This document shows, one piece after another, positions 8,493-19,059 of a DNA stretch of 64,000 nt (position 1 is its first letter; every line of letters starts with the position of its first letter). The position numbers were made by a program, and so were the translations under genes. This stretch comes from a virus. The notes beneath the pieces were generated by a model, which made no database searches, was not told the origin of the DNA, and saw nothing but the letters and a program-made list of their open reading frames with translations. The stretch is taken from IMG/VR virus record IMGVR_UViG_3300029922_000007, positions 1-64,000 of that record. One strand, written 5' to 3'.

Positions 8493-8735
8493 ATGGAAAT
8501 GCAGACTTTGAGAGTTCATTCGTATGGTGAGACGCCTGAAGATGATCGTCGGGTTACTATCGCCCCTAATAATGTGGTAGCTTTGGCTGCATCCACGGAT
8601 GATGTTCAAGTCCAAGGTAGAAGTCTTAGGGCTATTTCGGTGCTGTTTGTCGATGGCGGCGCTATGGATCTTGTCGTAGACCACGCAGATTTGCAACTAT
8701 TAGAAGACACAATAGGAGCCTATTCCTTTGGGTGA
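8493..8735 (+). CDS. Hypothetical protein
   Basis: GAGG SD. Confidence 0.6.
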   Translation: MEMQTLRVHSYGETPEDDRRVTIAPNNVVALAASTDDVQVQGRSLRAISVLFVDGGAMDLVVDHADLQLLEDTIGAYSFG

Positions 8736-8738
8736 AAT

Positions 8739-9035
8739 ATGGTTAAGTCACACTTTATTTGCAGTAGAAAACAAGGGCCAATTTGTTCTCAGACAGGTGG
8801 TCCAGAACAAGGATGGGGAGTGAACGACTGGCACTTCGTCACCTGTAAAAAGTGTCTTCTTATAAAGGGCTCTGAACGTAATAGAGAGCTGCAAGATGCC
8901 AGAAAAGCTCTTGATTGGGATTGGATAGCCGATCTTTTGGTTCCAGCCGAGTCTCGTGATCGGGTAGCGTCGGAACTCCAGATGGCCTATCTTGCGGGTT
9001 GTCCAAAGAACCCTAAACGCTTGAGAAGAAAGTAA
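8739..9035 (+). CDS. Hypothetical protein with His/Cys motif
   Basis: HFIC...PIC...VTCKKC. Confidence 0.5.
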   Translation: MVKSHFICSRKQGPICSQTGGPEQGWGVNDWHFVTCKKCLLIKGSERNRELQDARKALDWDWIADLLVPAESRDRVASELQMAYLAGCPKNPKRLRRK

Positions 9036-9094
9036 AATGATTTTCTTTAGGGATAAAATCACAGAATCCTGTGTGGATGTAAGAGGAGTGCAAG

Positions 9095-9436
9095 ATGGCT
9101 GACAGAGTTTTTATTAAAAATACGGGAGATATGAAGGGCGAGGCGTGGCTTGAGTTTTGGGACACTTCTCAAAATGAATGGGAGATAGGCTGTCGCGCAA
9201 AGCTGATATTCATGGGTAAGAAATGCTTGGTCGATACGCTCGACACGCCCGTCAAATTCAGAAAGCGTGGTTACGCTTCGCAGGTAATAAAAGAGCTTCA
9301 GTCTCATTTCGATGAGGTCGAACCCATCGGTGTAACAGATGCCGCCAAAGGGTTTTGGGCTAAGTTTGGAATGAAGGACGGGCTCGGAGAAGAACAGTCA
9401 GGCGAGGAATTTACCTATGATGAAATTGCTTTTTAA
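9095..9436 (+). CDS. GNAT-like acetyltransferase
   Basis: FRKRGYAS acetyl-CoA loop and AKGFWAKFG motif B. Confidence 0.65.
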   Translation: MADRVFIKNTGDMKGEAWLEFWDTSQNEWEIGCRAKLIFMGKKCLVDTLDTPVKFRKRGYASQVIKELQSHFDEVEPIGVTDAAKGFWAKFGMKDGLGEEQSGEEFTYDEIAF

Positions 9437-9575
9437 GATGTCGGGCCTTTTCTATTGGCTTCTTGGGCTTTACCTGCTTCATAGGGCTGGTTTGAGTGTG
9501 ACCGCTATTGGTGGCGTAACTCTTACTGCATACGGGTATATTGTGGACCACAAACTCAATGGTCATAACTAAGCT

Positions 9576-9947
9576 CTATCTTGCATCAACCAACCTTGTT
9601 AAAAGCCCAACAAGATTAGCATGTTGGGCCTGGAGGTCGATCCTGAGATTTTCAATCTTTTCTCCCAAAACCTTTATTTCTGCATTATAAAGTTCGCCCA
9701 TATGCGCCATCTCTCTTTGGACAGCTTGTTTTTGCGTCTCAAGTTCGACTTCAAGCTTACGGATCTTCTCTTCTAGGAGAAGCTTTACCAGCTCCATCTC
9801 AGCTTTGGCTTCATCTATGATGGCCTGACGATAAGCAGCCTTCCTACGCTTAAGCCCATGGGAAATACCTTGGATTATAGCCCAAACGGTCCCTAGGGCT
9901 GCGATGGCTCCAGTAGCGGCTACAATAGTGTCATTACTTATGGTCAT
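9576..9947 (-). CDS. Membrane-anchored coiled-coil late protein
   Basis: N-terminal TM segment, then a coiled coil; CAATCTTA motif upstream. Confidence 0.6.
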   Translation of the reverse strand: MTISNDTIVAATGAIAALGTVWAIIQGISHGLKRRKAAYRQAIIDEAKAEMELVKLLLEEKIRKLEVELETQKQAVQREMAHMGELYNAEIKVLGEKIENLRIDLQAQHANLVGLLTRLVDAR

Positions 9948-10005
9948 AGAATATATCCCCCTATAAGATTGCAGAGTTGTGATATAACCAGGGTTAGGAG
10001 ACCCT

Positions 10006-10254
10006 ATGACTCAACAGCTTACTGATTTTATTGAAGTTTTTTCTGACGTAAACAAGACCGCCGTGATGGCAATTCTCTTAGGGTTAGGAGCCTTCTTTAG
10101 AATTAAAGGCTATATCTCCGGTGGAGAAATGGTGGACTTGATGAAGACGACCACTGTGAGTTTTTTCGGAACAGCTACTATGGTACATTTGGGCGGTATT
10201 GTTAGGGACCATCTCGCCTCTAAAGTCGAAGCATTGAAAGGGCAATCCAAGTGA
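10006..10254 (+). CDS. Putative holin-like membrane protein
   Basis: 82 aa with two hydrophobic segments; AGGAG SD. Confidence 0.4.
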   Translation: MTQQLTDFIEVFSDVNKTAVMAILLGLGAFFRIKGYISGGEMVDLMKTTTVSFFGTATMVHLGGIVRDHLASKVEALKGQSK

Positions 10255-10556
10255 AAGCTAAACTACTTGCATTCTTTACTGCCTTTAAAACGGATTTGAT
10301 CGATACCTATAAGAGGTCAAAGATATTCTTGCTAGGGATCTTACTTCTAGTTGTAGCCTTTGAATGGACCAAGCTTAAGGAGTTCCTTTTGACCTATATG
10401 GGGCAAAGGGAGATGAAGCAGACTACCGCTAAGGATGATACCCTCAAGGCCCAGGAAGGCGCTTTAAACGCTAGTGCTGACGCCCTGGTGAAGGACGCTA
10501 ATGCTCTGCCAGACAGTCAGAAACCTGTAACCGACCCAAATTGGTACAAAAAATGA
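10251..10556 (+). CDS. Putative spanin-like membrane protein
   Basis: Single TM segment followed by a helical domain. Confidence 0.35.
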   Translation: MKAKLLAFFTAFKTDLIDTYKRSKIFLLGILLLVVAFEWTKLKEFLLTYMGQREMKQTTAKDDTLKAQEGALNASADALVKDANALPDSQKPVTDPNWYKK

Positions 10557-10951
10557 AAAAACTACTTGTTTTTATTCTTCTATTACAGATTATGGTTTGT
10601 AATATTGCTCGTGCCGACACTACCTGTGATTGGCAATTCGTTAAGCCCCTCCCGGATGGAGGCTATGAGTATCCTTTGAACCTACACCTATGCGTTGGAA
10701 ATCTGGTCCAGACAACTGCGACTCAAACTCAGCAAATCGCAGATCTGAACGCCGCTATTCAACTTAAAAATCTGGCTATTACGACCAGCGATCAACGCGT
10801 GGCTTTGTGGCAAAAGACAGCCGACGATAGTCAAGATCGATTGACTAAGATCGATTCTGATTCTAAGCGCAATGATTGGATTATGTTTGGACTTGGCGCT
10901 CTTACAGTTCTCGGAGCTGGCTTTATGACAGCCAAACTTATTGGGCACTAA
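10553..10951 (+). CDS. Secreted coiled-coil protein with C-terminal TM (spanin-like)
   Basis: Signal peptide ending ARA, coiled coil, C-terminal hydrophobic helix. Confidence 0.4.
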   Translation: MKKLLVFILLLQIMVCNIARADTTCDWQFVKPLPDGGYEYPLNLHLCVGNLVQTTATQTQQIADLNAAIQLKNLAITTSDQRVALWQKTADDSQDRLTKIDSDSKRNDWIMFGLGALTVLGAGFMTAKLIGH

Positions 10952-11453
10952 TCTGCTTATACCCTTTAGAGACAAGATAGCTGTAAACGTCCTTAGGGGT
11001 CATAGTCGAACTATCAAGGTTCGTTCCATTTATCTCGTTTAGGATTTGAGCTACCAACTCGCTACACACAAAGCTACTCGTGCTGGCAAATGGGTTTGTT
11101 ACTTTCTTGCCAAATAAGCGCAAGATCATAACATAACAAATGCCGAAGATCGTTTCCATACTATATGGAAGTCCTACCCTGTCAATTCCAAATTGGACAG
11201 TAGTAAGCTTAGTGGCACTCGAAATTGGAAGTTCAAACTCAGCGCAGATATCCTCTTTAGTATCAAAGAGGGTACCTCCCATGTAATTTACTGCTAGGCC
11301 CGATGCTTGTAAGACGGTCCATCTATCTGCGTACGAATTGTAGTAGCGAATATATGCGTGTGAGAATTGGGACCAAGTTACCAAACGGATAAGCCAAGAA
11401 AAAGGGGATAAGATTTTTTTAGGTCGCGAAAAACCAACAATAATACTGTCCAT
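10938..11453 (-). CDS. Permuted papain-like (YiiX/YaeF, NlpC/P60) enzyme
   Basis: N-terminal FSHAYI and C-terminal FVCSELV. Confidence 0.75.
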   Translation of the reverse strand: MDSIIVGFSRPKKILSPFSWLIRLVTWSQFSHAYIRYYNSYADRWTVLQASGLAVNYMGGTLFDTKEDICAEFELPISSATKLTTVQFGIDRVGLPYSMETIFGICYVMILRLFGKKVTNPFASTSSFVCSELVAQILNEINGTNLDSSTMTPKDVYSYLVSKGYKQISAQ

Positions 11454-11462
11454 ATATATGCC

Positions 11463-12260
11463 CTATTCCTTGTTTGAGTCTTTAAGAAATCTGAATTTAC
11501 CGTCTTTTCCTAATTTCTTACCCTTATTAGGACTTGGCTTGCCGAACATAGGATTATTTTCGCCAGAAGCCAATGCTGACATTTTCTTTTTAGATTCCCC
11601 TGAATGAAGTTTTCCTTTTCTAGAAGCAGATTGTTTTGCTCGGGTTTCTTCGGATGCTTTCTTTCCAGTGTTAGCTATCGATATTTTCTTTTTAGATTCC
11701 TCTGAATGGGGAATTCCCCCTATTTTTTTACGAGAAATACTCATTTTAGCTTTAGTTTCTGCGGAAGCCTTCCGACCTGTTGCTGCCAAAGACAACTTTT
11801 TAATAGTTTCTTCAGACGGCTTGTTTCCCATTTTTGCAAGAGAGCATTTGGCCTTAGTTTCTTCTGATAGAACCTTTCCCGTATGGGATTTACTCATCTT
11901 AATTCGTGTTTCGTCGGTGTGTGTTTTACCCGTGTTAGCAATAGAGATTTTAGTTTTACTTTCCTCGTGGAGTTTTCCTCCATTGTTTCCGCCGCTTTTT
12001 AAATTATACCCATTAGGGACTACGGTGTTGTACCAGCTTATGAAGTACTCTTCCGCTAGATTTAAATCTTCTAAATTGCTGTACGTACCAATAATCATTA
12101 CTGAAAAGGATTCCTTGCCATATTTGCTTACGGCATTACTTAAATAGGTACAAGTAGAATACAGTTTAAAATGATCGTAGATTCTATCTTCTAATGGCTG
12201 AATCGTTTGCCCTATATAGATCATTCCGTTAATTTTATTAGTTATTTTATATACAACCAT
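11463..12260 (-). CDS. GIY-YIG homing endonuclease with NUMOD3 repeats
   Basis: VVYKITN...IYIGQT; GYNL; repeated HTDETRIKMS-type motifs. Confidence 0.9.
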   Translation of the reverse strand: MVVYKITNKINGMIYIGQTIQPLEDRIYDHFKLYSTCTYLSNAVSKYGKESFSVMIIGTYSNLEDLNLAEEYFISWYNTVVPNGYNLKSGGNNGGKLHEESKTKISIANTGKTHTDETRIKMSKSHTGKVLSEETKAKCSLAKMGNKPSEETIKKLSLAATGRKASAETKAKMSISRKKIGGIPHSEESKKKISIANTGKKASEETRAKQSASRKGKLHSGESKKKMSALASGENNPMFGKPSPNKGKKLGKDGKFRFLKDSNKE

Positions 12261-12336
12261 ACAATCTCTAAGTTACCACAAATATGGAGAAAAGTCAACA
12301 GTATAAATGAAACACTAAAAATTGAGAGTGAGAATT

Positions 12337-12846
12337 CTAACTCCCAGGATTAGGCGTGATGGGCATCCCTAAATATGTTTGGATTTGGTTAAGGTAAATA
12401 TAAAGTACGGCATTAGTAATGAATGGAGATAGGTTCGTTTTAGCCGAACTAGTATCTGCAATCATAGCTTCAATTTGTGCAATAGCTACATACAGAGAGC
12501 CAGTTGTAATGGCCTGTGATAGATTTGCGGTATAGGCGAGCAGATTAGCACTTTGCCCAGCTTGGGTAATACCGGCTAAGATATTCTGCACCGCAAATTG
12601 TACCATCAACTGCTGACCAAAAGTCATTGCTGCCAAAACTATGTTCGTGTAGGTCTGCGTTGGAGTTAGAGCAGGAGCAGACAGTCCAGTAAAAGTAGTT
12701 CCGCTGTAAGACCACCCAGTACTAGGTTGAGGAACAATAGAGGTGATATTTACCCAGGTATAGTTAGAATCTTGTGGATCTGTAGAATTTGCTAGGACTG
12801 TGTTAACAACGACACCATTTTGGATTAATGCATAAACATTGGACAT
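12337..12846 (-). CDS. Tail fibre-associated protein
   Basis: Directly downstream of the fibre; YALIQNGVVVN...GWSYSGTTF motif. Confidence 0.6.
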   Translation of the reverse strand: MSNVYALIQNGVVVNTVLANSTDPQDSNYTWVNITSIVPQPSTGWSYSGTTFTGLSAPALTPTQTYTNIVLAAMTFGQQLMVQFAVQNILAGITQAGQSANLLAYTANLSQAITTGSLYVAIAQIEAMIADTSSAKTNLSPFITNAVLYIYLNQIQTYLGMPITPNPGS

Positions 12847-12867
12847 ATTGATTATTTCCTAATGAGT

Positions 12868-15800
12868 TTAGTTGGACCACTCAACGACAATACACCCTTG
12901 TGTTCCAGCGCCGCCAGTATTGCCAGAACCATTAGCTCCGCTACCGCCGCCGCCATAACCAGTAGCGGTCAAACCATTACCACCGACACCCAATACTGCC
13001 CCACCAAGACCATAAGCCCAGGCAGAATTACCACCTTGACCACCCGTAGCCGTAGCTACGGTAGAAGAACCTCCACCAGCTTGACCATTAATATTAATAT
13101 TTCCGTTCGTAGCTGTTCCGCCCGTTCCGCCATTTCCGGTCGTTGCTGCAGCTGCTTGTCCACCACCAGCGGTATAAGTTGTAACCCCTATAGCTAGAGT
13201 AGTATTTCCGCCAGCGCCCCCAACGGTAGCATTTGGACCTGCGGTTCCAGCCGCGCCAATAGATATAGTATAGGAAGTACTGGCCGACAATCCTTGAGTA
13301 AATACGCTCACTCCAGCACCACCTCCACCACCCGTACTGTGATTTGCTGCAGCGCTTGAGCCGCTTCCGCCCGCACCACCCCCAATAAGAGTAAACTTAT
13401 ATCGAGTTTGAGGAGTAACGTTAATCGGTGTGGTGTACGTGGTACCTGTAGTCAAAAATAAAAAACCCGATGTTGGGGTCTTTTCCATTACCCAATTGAC
13501 TCCATTAGAACTCAGTGTTGCCCCCCCATAGTTGGTAAGAATCACTACCTGAGACAAACCATTGATAGTTTCAGACGCGTGAGGTTTAATGGTGATATTA
13601 TTAACAGCGGCATTTCCAAATAGGTCTTGAATATTCAGTACTCTACCATTTGTAGGTGCTGGCAGTGTAATAGTAATCGCAGAGCTGGTACTATTTGGAT
13701 AGATAATATAGTCTGTGGTTGTACTGTCTACTGAATAATTCGACGTAACAGTATTGGTTGTATAGTTAACGCCGCCATTAATCTGATGGATTGCGGTGGA
13801 AGACGCTCCCCCTGCAGTGACTACACTTGAAGTACCAGTAGCTAATTTTGTATTTCCAGAAATCGATTCACTTCCATTAACCTGGAGCTTATCTGTTGCG
13901 TTATCTGTAGTAGTTCCAATAAGTAAATTGCCAGTGGAGTTAAGTCTCATCGCTTCCGCACTAGTTACAGAACCAGTAGGGGTTACGAACCAAGTCATAT
14001 ATGTTGCATTAGAAGTATTAGTAAAGGTTTCACCAGCAATAATAGTAAAAGCGCCCGTGCTTGCAAGGGCAAACTGGGACGTTCCGTATCCTCTACCACT
14101 CATCAAATTCAGAGTATTTCCAGCTGTAGCTGCGGTTGGCAAAGATAGGGTTCCGTTTGCATACCTACCACGGAAACCAACCGTGCCGCCATAACCCGTT
14201 GCTTGAACAGTTTTAGTTGTTCCGGAATTATTAACCACATCTATAATAGCTAAAGAAGAAGGAATAGTTCCAATACCCAATGCATGGGCCGTATCATCCC
14301 AATAAAATTGAGAATTATCTTGTGTAATCTGTCCGCTAGCACCAGCAAACAAAACACTACCCTGTGTAAATCCAGTTACCTGAGAACCCGTAACGGTAAG
14401 TGAAGATGCGGTTGTCAATGCTGATAGAGTAGTGATAGTGCTATTACTCGCGGCGGTAATATTGAGCGCAGTTCCGCTAGCGTTACCGGTCAGGTTTGCA
14501 GTAATAGTTCCAGCAGAGAAGTTACCAGAACTATCTCTGGAAATAATAGTACTAGGGGTGTTTAGGTTGGTAGCGGTTGTATTCGCATTTGGCAAAATCC
14601 CCGTTACTGTCGAACCACTGAGAGCAAATGGAACCTCGATCCAAGATGTAGACGTGGTGTCAATGGTAATTGGAGCTGCTGCAGTTTGTGTCCAGGTACT
14701 TCCTTGATAAACAAGGCCTTGTCTCACGAAGCAAGTAATAAATTGGAAGGCCTGGGTGATACCTCCAGTTGGATACCAGCTAGGTCTAGCCCACGACCCA
14801 CTAGCTATAACCCAAGGACCATTCTGAGATGCGGTACCCTGTGAGGCAAGAAGAACCAACATTCCTACTGTGGTAGTTACACCATCGATAGTTGGAAGCC
14901 CGGAAAGAGCCTGATTAGAGGTTGAGACCACCGATACCGATGGCTTATCGGCCAAACTCGCTTTTGCATCGGTAACAGCACCGACAGAGATAATGGTTGC
15001 ACTTTGTGTGCCAGTAACATCTCCCGACAGAGAGCCAGTAAAGTTACCCGAAGTAGTAGCAGTGGTAGCATTACCGGTCAAGTTTGCGGTGATGGTTCCA
15101 GCAGAGAAGTTACCAGAAGAATCTCTTTCGACCAAGGTGGATGGAGTGTCCAAGTTAGTGGCAGCTCCAACAGTAGTGACTGCCGAAGCCACAGCCGCCG
15201 CTGTTTTTCCACCCACAAGAGAAACAACAGTTGCACTTTGTGTGCCAGTAACATCTCCCGACAGAGAGCCAGTAAAGGACGTTGCACTACCAGACAAACT
15301 TGCAGTAATAGTTCCAGCAGAGAAGTTACCAGAACTATCGCGCTTAACGAGAGTCGAAGGGACATTAGAAGCGCTAGCATTATCTACGGTTCCAGTTGCA
15401 GCGGCTACGTCGGAAGCAGTCTTTCCACCAACAAAATTTACCGTTGAACTTGAAGGTCCTGGACCAGCTGCAGTAACGTCACCATTTAAAGACGTAATGG
15501 CCGTCAAATTGCTATCATTAATTTGGCCTTGGACTTTTCCGAAAGCTTGTAAAATAGAATCTGTAGAGAGGATTGGAGAATTTGCGCCAACGGCATAACT
15601 GGTCAAAAGCTTGCTTGTAACGACGTTAGACGAAATTGCAGTTGCACTTTGAGTGCCCGTTACGTCACCAGATAGGGAGCCGCTGAAATTCGTTGTAGAG
15701 GTGGCAGTAGACGCATTACCGGTCAAGTTTGCAGTAATGGTCCCAGCTGAGAAATTACCAGAAGAATCTCTTTCAACTAAAGTAGAGGGGGTGTCAATTG

Positions 15801-16968
15801 AGGTACTGGCCGCAACAGCAACGGCAGCAGCTGCAACAGCCGCAGCAGTTTGACCACCAACATGTCCAACGACCGTAGAACTTTGAGTGCCAGTTACGTC
15901 GCCGGATAGGGAGCCGCTAAAGCTCGGCGAAGAGATAACCGTAAGTTCGTTGCTTCCATTAATGCCAATAGTTGTGCCGTCATAGAGAGTACTGACAACC
16001 TCTTCATTAATACCGATACCGTTACCAGGTTGAACAACATAGCTAATATTAAAAATAACCCAACCAGTTCCATCGTAGTACCAAGTTGTTCCGATACTAT
16101 GAGAAGACGGATTAGCGTCCAAAACGGTCCATCTAAATTGAGGAACTTGATAGGAATAGGAGTAGAATCCAGGTGTGGCGTTCGTTACTGTAACTATATT
16201 ATTTTGTTTACCGACAAAACTTCCACCTATAGGTGCGCCAAGATGATCGAAATTGACACCAAACCTATCACCGATCTCAACCATCCTGTGAAGTTCGTCT
16301 AACCACTGTGAGCCGCTCCAATAGACAAGTCGTCCTGCTCCAAAGGGAGCCCACAAGCCAGTTGGAGACGGCCCAATAATATAGGATTCTCCGATGATGG
16401 GAAATGCGGGAGGTGCGGAGAGACTGTCATCCATTAAATTAGCAGCGAGAATGTTCGCTTGAGGAATAATACCGACAGCGAAATTATCAACATAGCCCTT
16501 ATTACTAACATCTCCAGGATTAACAGGGGTAGGGACGTTAACAATCTCATTACCGTTCATATTGAGAATGCCGGTCATAGCGTCGCCGGATTTCAATAGA
16601 TTAAGAGAAGCTGACCCAATGATATTTGCAGTAATCGTGCCAGCAGAGAAGTTTCCACCGCTATCCCTCTCAACTATAGTCGAGGGAGTATTTGAAGAAG
16701 TAGCACTACCAAAACCGATAGCAGCAGCAGCGATGGCACTTGCAGACTGACCACCAACAAAAGCCACTACAGCAGAGGCAGACCCTGGACCAGTAGCCAA
16801 AACGTCACCGGTCAGGATGGTGATCCCAGCAGAAGGAACTAAGGCAATAGCTGCTTGAAGGGCAGTAAACGTGATGCTTTTATTGACGCCGCCCTGAACC
16901 AAAGTATAGAGGTCACCATTAGTACTTGTAGTAGTTACGGGCAGTTGACTAATTTTTTCGCTCGCCAT
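12868..16968 (-). CDS. Long tail fibre / adhesin
   Basis: 1366 aa, rich in Thr/Gly/Ser; five TPSTxxxRDSxGNFSAGTITA repeats, LSGDVTGTQ repeats, a DUF2793-like insert and a Gly-rich C-terminal domain. Confidence 0.85.
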   Translation of the reverse strand: MASEKISQLPVTTTSTNGDLYTLVQGGVNKSITFTALQAAIALVPSAGITILTGDVLATGPGSASAVVAFVGGQSASAIAAAAIGFGSATSSNTPSTIVERDSGGNFSAGTITANIIGSASLNLLKSGDAMTGILNMNGNEIVNVPTPVNPGDVSNKGYVDNFAVGIIPQANILAANLMDDSLSAPPAFPIIGESYIIGPSPTGLWAPFGAGRLVYWSGSQWLDELHRMVEIGDRFGVNFDHLGAPIGGSFVGKQNNIVTVTNATPGFYSYSYQVPQFRWTVLDANPSSHSIGTTWYYDGTGWVIFNISYVVQPGNGIGINEEVVSTLYDGTTIGINGSNELTVISSPSFSGSLSGDVTGTQSSTVVGHVGGQTAAAVAAAAVAVAASTSIDTPSTLVERDSSGNFSAGTITANLTGNASTATSTTNFSGSLSGDVTGTQSATAISSNVVTSKLLTSYAVGANSPILSTDSILQAFGKVQGQINDSNLTAITSLNGDVTAAGPGPSSSTVNFVGGKTASDVAAATGTVDNASASNVPSTLVKRDSSGNFSAGTITASLSGSATSFTGSLSGDVTGTQSATVVSLVGGKTAAAVASAVTTVGAATNLDTPSTLVERDSSGNFSAGTITANLTGNATTATTSGNFTGSLSGDVTGTQSATIISVGAVTDAKASLADKPSVSVVSTSNQALSGLPTIDGVTTTVGMLVLLASQGTASQNGPWVIASGSWARPSWYPTGGITQAFQFITCFVRQGLVYQGSTWTQTAAAPITIDTTSTSWIEVPFALSGSTVTGILPNANTTATNLNTPSTIISRDSSGNFSAGTITANLTGNASGTALNITAASNSTITTLSALTTASSLTVTGSQVTGFTQGSVLFAGASGQITQDNSQFYWDDTAHALGIGTIPSSLAIIDVVNNSGTTKTVQATGYGGTVGFRGRYANGTLSLPTAATAGNTLNLMSGRGYGTSQFALASTGAFTIIAGETFTNTSNATYMTWFVTPTGSVTSAEAMRLNSTGNLLIGTTTDNATDKLQVNGSESISGNTKLATGTSSVVTAGGASSTAIHQINGGVNYTTNTVTSNYSVDSTTTDYIIYPNSTSSAITITLPAPTNGRVLNIQDLFGNAAVNNITIKPHASETINGLSQVVILTNYGGATLSSNGVNWVMEKTPTSGFLFLTTGTTYTTPINVTPQTRYKFTLIGGGAGGSGSSAAANHSTGGGGGAGVSVFTQGLSASTSYTISIGAAGTAGPNATVGGAGGNTTLAIGVTTYTAGGGQAAAATTGNGGTGGTATNGNININGQAGGGSSTVATATGGQGGNSAWAYGLGGAVLGVGGNGLTATGYGGGGSGANGSGNTGGAGTQGCIVVEWSN

Positions 16969-17026
16969 ATGGATTTATTCCTCTAGGGTGCCTATAAGGC
17001 AGGATAAGGGTAAGATTGCAGTAAAC

Positions 17027-17548
17027 TTAAGGGCTGGATTCGAGCAAAATGCCATCAATACCATTCTCCAACAAGAATAGGTCGCCAGTTTCGAGCAGAA
17101 GGAAGCTTTCCACAACAGCGGTGCCAAAGGCCCAAGAAAGGGTCATCCTAGGGTGATGACGTTGAACATAGACCTGCCAAGAGGCCCATTGAGGGGATGG
17201 GTAAGCTGGAGGTGGAGATGATGGACCCCAGAATTGGAAATTGTTGCCTAGGGCCTGGGAGAAGCCTGCTGGAATGCAGCCATTGTCAAAGCCGAAGAAT
17301 GGAGATGGAGGAAAGGAGATAGAAACGGTATAGCCCAAGGCCGTAAAGTAAGCAGAGATAGCGTTATAGTCCGCATTAGTGGGGATCGGTGGCTGCACCT
17401 GATAGAGGCCAAGAGGGGTAGCAGTATCGATTAGAGCAATAATAGCCTGTATAAACGCAGTATTAGCCGTCGAGACCGCTAAGTCTGAGGCTGCTTGAGA
17501 CGATTCATTGGCTTCGGCCTGGCTTGGGGGGAGTAAGGGGGTGGACAT
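17027..17548 (-). CDS. Putative virion protein
   Basis: C-terminal LLLETGDLFLLE motif typical of fibre-associated proteins; CAATCTTA 5 nt before the ATG. Confidence 0.55.
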   Translation of the reverse strand: MSTPLLPPSQAEANESSQAASDLAVSTANTAFIQAIIALIDTATPLGLYQVQPPIPTNADYNAISAYFTALGYTVSISFPPSPFFGFDNGCIPAGFSQALGNNFQFWGPSSPPPAYPSPQWASWQVYVQRHHPRMTLSWAFGTAVVESFLLLETGDLFLLENGIDGILLESSP

Positions 17549-17569
17549 GAGGTTAAGATTGGAAAGGGA

Positions 17570-18397
17570 TTAGGGGGCTTCTCGCAGATACTTAAACCTG
17601 TACCCATTTGTACCGCGTTGTTTTCCCCGTAAGGTCCTACTTATTCCAGTTATGTTTATATCCAATTCGTCTCCAGCGCTTTGCAGGGTATAGTAGGTTT
17701 TACCATTGTTTAAACAAATAAAGGGTTCTCCTCTATTCGCTTCCGATATTTTTTCGCGACTCTGCTTTGACATCCTATTCCCAAAATTGGGATTGTTTTC
17801 ACCCTTTGTAGCTTTAGAGATTTTTTGTTTTACTTCTTCTGAAACCGTCTTTCCTGTGCTAGAAACAGATATGTTACGCCTTACCTCTTCTGAGCGCGGA
17901 ACTCCTTTCTTTGATTCACCTATTTTTATTTTAGATGTCTCTGCGTGCTTTCTACCCGTCCCAGCCTTGGATATCTTATCTCTCGTTTCATTCGTAGCGG
18001 TTTTTCCAAAATTTGGGTGCTTTTCTCCGCTTATAGATTCGGAGTGTTTTTTCTTCCGTTCTTCTGTCCAAGTTTTTCCTTTACCCGCCTCAGACATTTT
18101 TTTACGAGTTTCATCCGAAACCATATGATTGTTTCCACCCGTATGGAGGTTGTATCCATTTGGACTCATCGTATTATAATATTCTATAAAGTATTCTTCG
18201 GCCAAATTCAAATCTTCTATGTTATCACATGTATGGATAATACTTTGAGTGAAATTTTCTTTTCCGTATTTCTTTATAGCCTTATAAAGGATAGACCCGG
18301 CGCAGCAATGTTCGGTCCACCTTCTTTTTAAGGTTTTTATGGTCTGACCTATATATTCCTTACCGTTAATTTTATTAATAATTCTATAAACGATCAT
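17570..18397 (-). CDS. GIY-YIG homing endonuclease (NUMOD3 + NUMOD1)
   Basis: IVYRIIN...EYIGQT; NUMOD3 repeats; C-terminal HTH. Confidence 0.9.
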   Translation of the reverse strand: MIVYRIINKINGKEYIGQTIKTLKRRWTEHCCAGSILYKAIKKYGKENFTQSIIHTCDNIEDLNLAEEYFIEYYNTMSPNGYNLHTGGNNHMVSDETRKKMSEAGKGKTWTEERKKKHSESISGEKHPNFGKTATNETRDKISKAGTGRKHAETSKIKIGESKKGVPRSEEVRRNISVSSTGKTVSEEVKQKISKATKGENNPNFGNRMSKQSREKISEANRGEPFICLNNGKTYYTLQSAGDELDINITGISRTLRGKQRGTNGYRFKYLREAP

Positions 18398-18452
18398 AAC
18401 AGATAATCAGCTCCCATATTTAACCATAGCAAAGAACATATTGCCGTGTCAA

Positions 18453-18488
18453 TAAAAAAACCCACATATAGTTAAATATGTGGGTTTT
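18453..18488 (-). terminator. Intrinsic terminator after the tail tube gene
   Basis: CCCACATAT/ATATGTGGG hairpin followed by a T-run on the minus strand. Confidence 0.8.
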
Positions 18489-18511
18489 AATAATTAGTTG
18501 ACTTTTACGAA

Positions 18512-19036
18512 TCAAGGGAGAGTGGTTGCTCCGCTCTCTCCGTCCCCTACAGAACTCTCATCACTCACGGAAGTGCCCTTATAGGTCAAATTTATCTTAC
18601 TCGTTGCACGACTCGTAAAGCTGTTGCTGTTGGTATCCGGCAAACAGTTTACTATGGTTGCCATAGGAGGGCCAGTCGGTGACTCCCTATCTCCTACAGT
18701 AATGACTACCGGTCCGAGCGACAACAAATTGTTCAGCGTCGGAAAAGCTCCGAGTAGTTTTACGCCGTGACCATATACGCGAAATCCACTACAAGAAACT
18801 GAAACACTGTTGTAGCTCACAAGCGTAATTTCTTGAGCCGCGTAGGCTCCGAGAATATGAATATCTTCCGAAGAGATACTTTCGCTAATAGTACAAGAAT
18901 CGAAGATGCCAATAACTACAGGCCCGTTCCCAGAGTTGATAGACACCACTGAACGACCACCAGTGATAACTTTAGACGATGCTGCAATTTGAGTTGGAGT
19001 GTTAGGCCCAACATTACCCGGACTACCTGCTGCCAT
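18512..19036 (-). CDS. Tail tube protein
   Basis: Follows the sheath; EDIHILG...EI motif of large-myovirus tubes. Confidence 0.75.
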   Translation of the reverse strand: MAAGSPGNVGPNTPTQIAASSKVITGGRSVVSINSGNGPVVIGIFDSCTISESISSEDIHILGAYAAQEITLVSYNSVSVSCSGFRVYGHGVKLLGAFPTLNNLLSLGPVVITVGDRESPTGPPMATIVNCLPDTNSNSFTSRATSKINLTYKGTSVSDESSVGDGESGATTLP

Positions 19037-19059
19037 AAAATTCTCCTAGTATTTCTTTA

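Noticed and set aside
10006-10951. Confident holin-spanin lysis cassette
   Set aside because: Only topology supports it; there is no clear o-spanin lipobox and the endolysin is 36 kb away. Kept as low-confidence calls.
12337-16968. Diversity-generating retroelement acting on the fibre
   Set aside because: No reverse transcriptase and no adenine-specific TR/VR pair; the repeats are in-frame module duplications.
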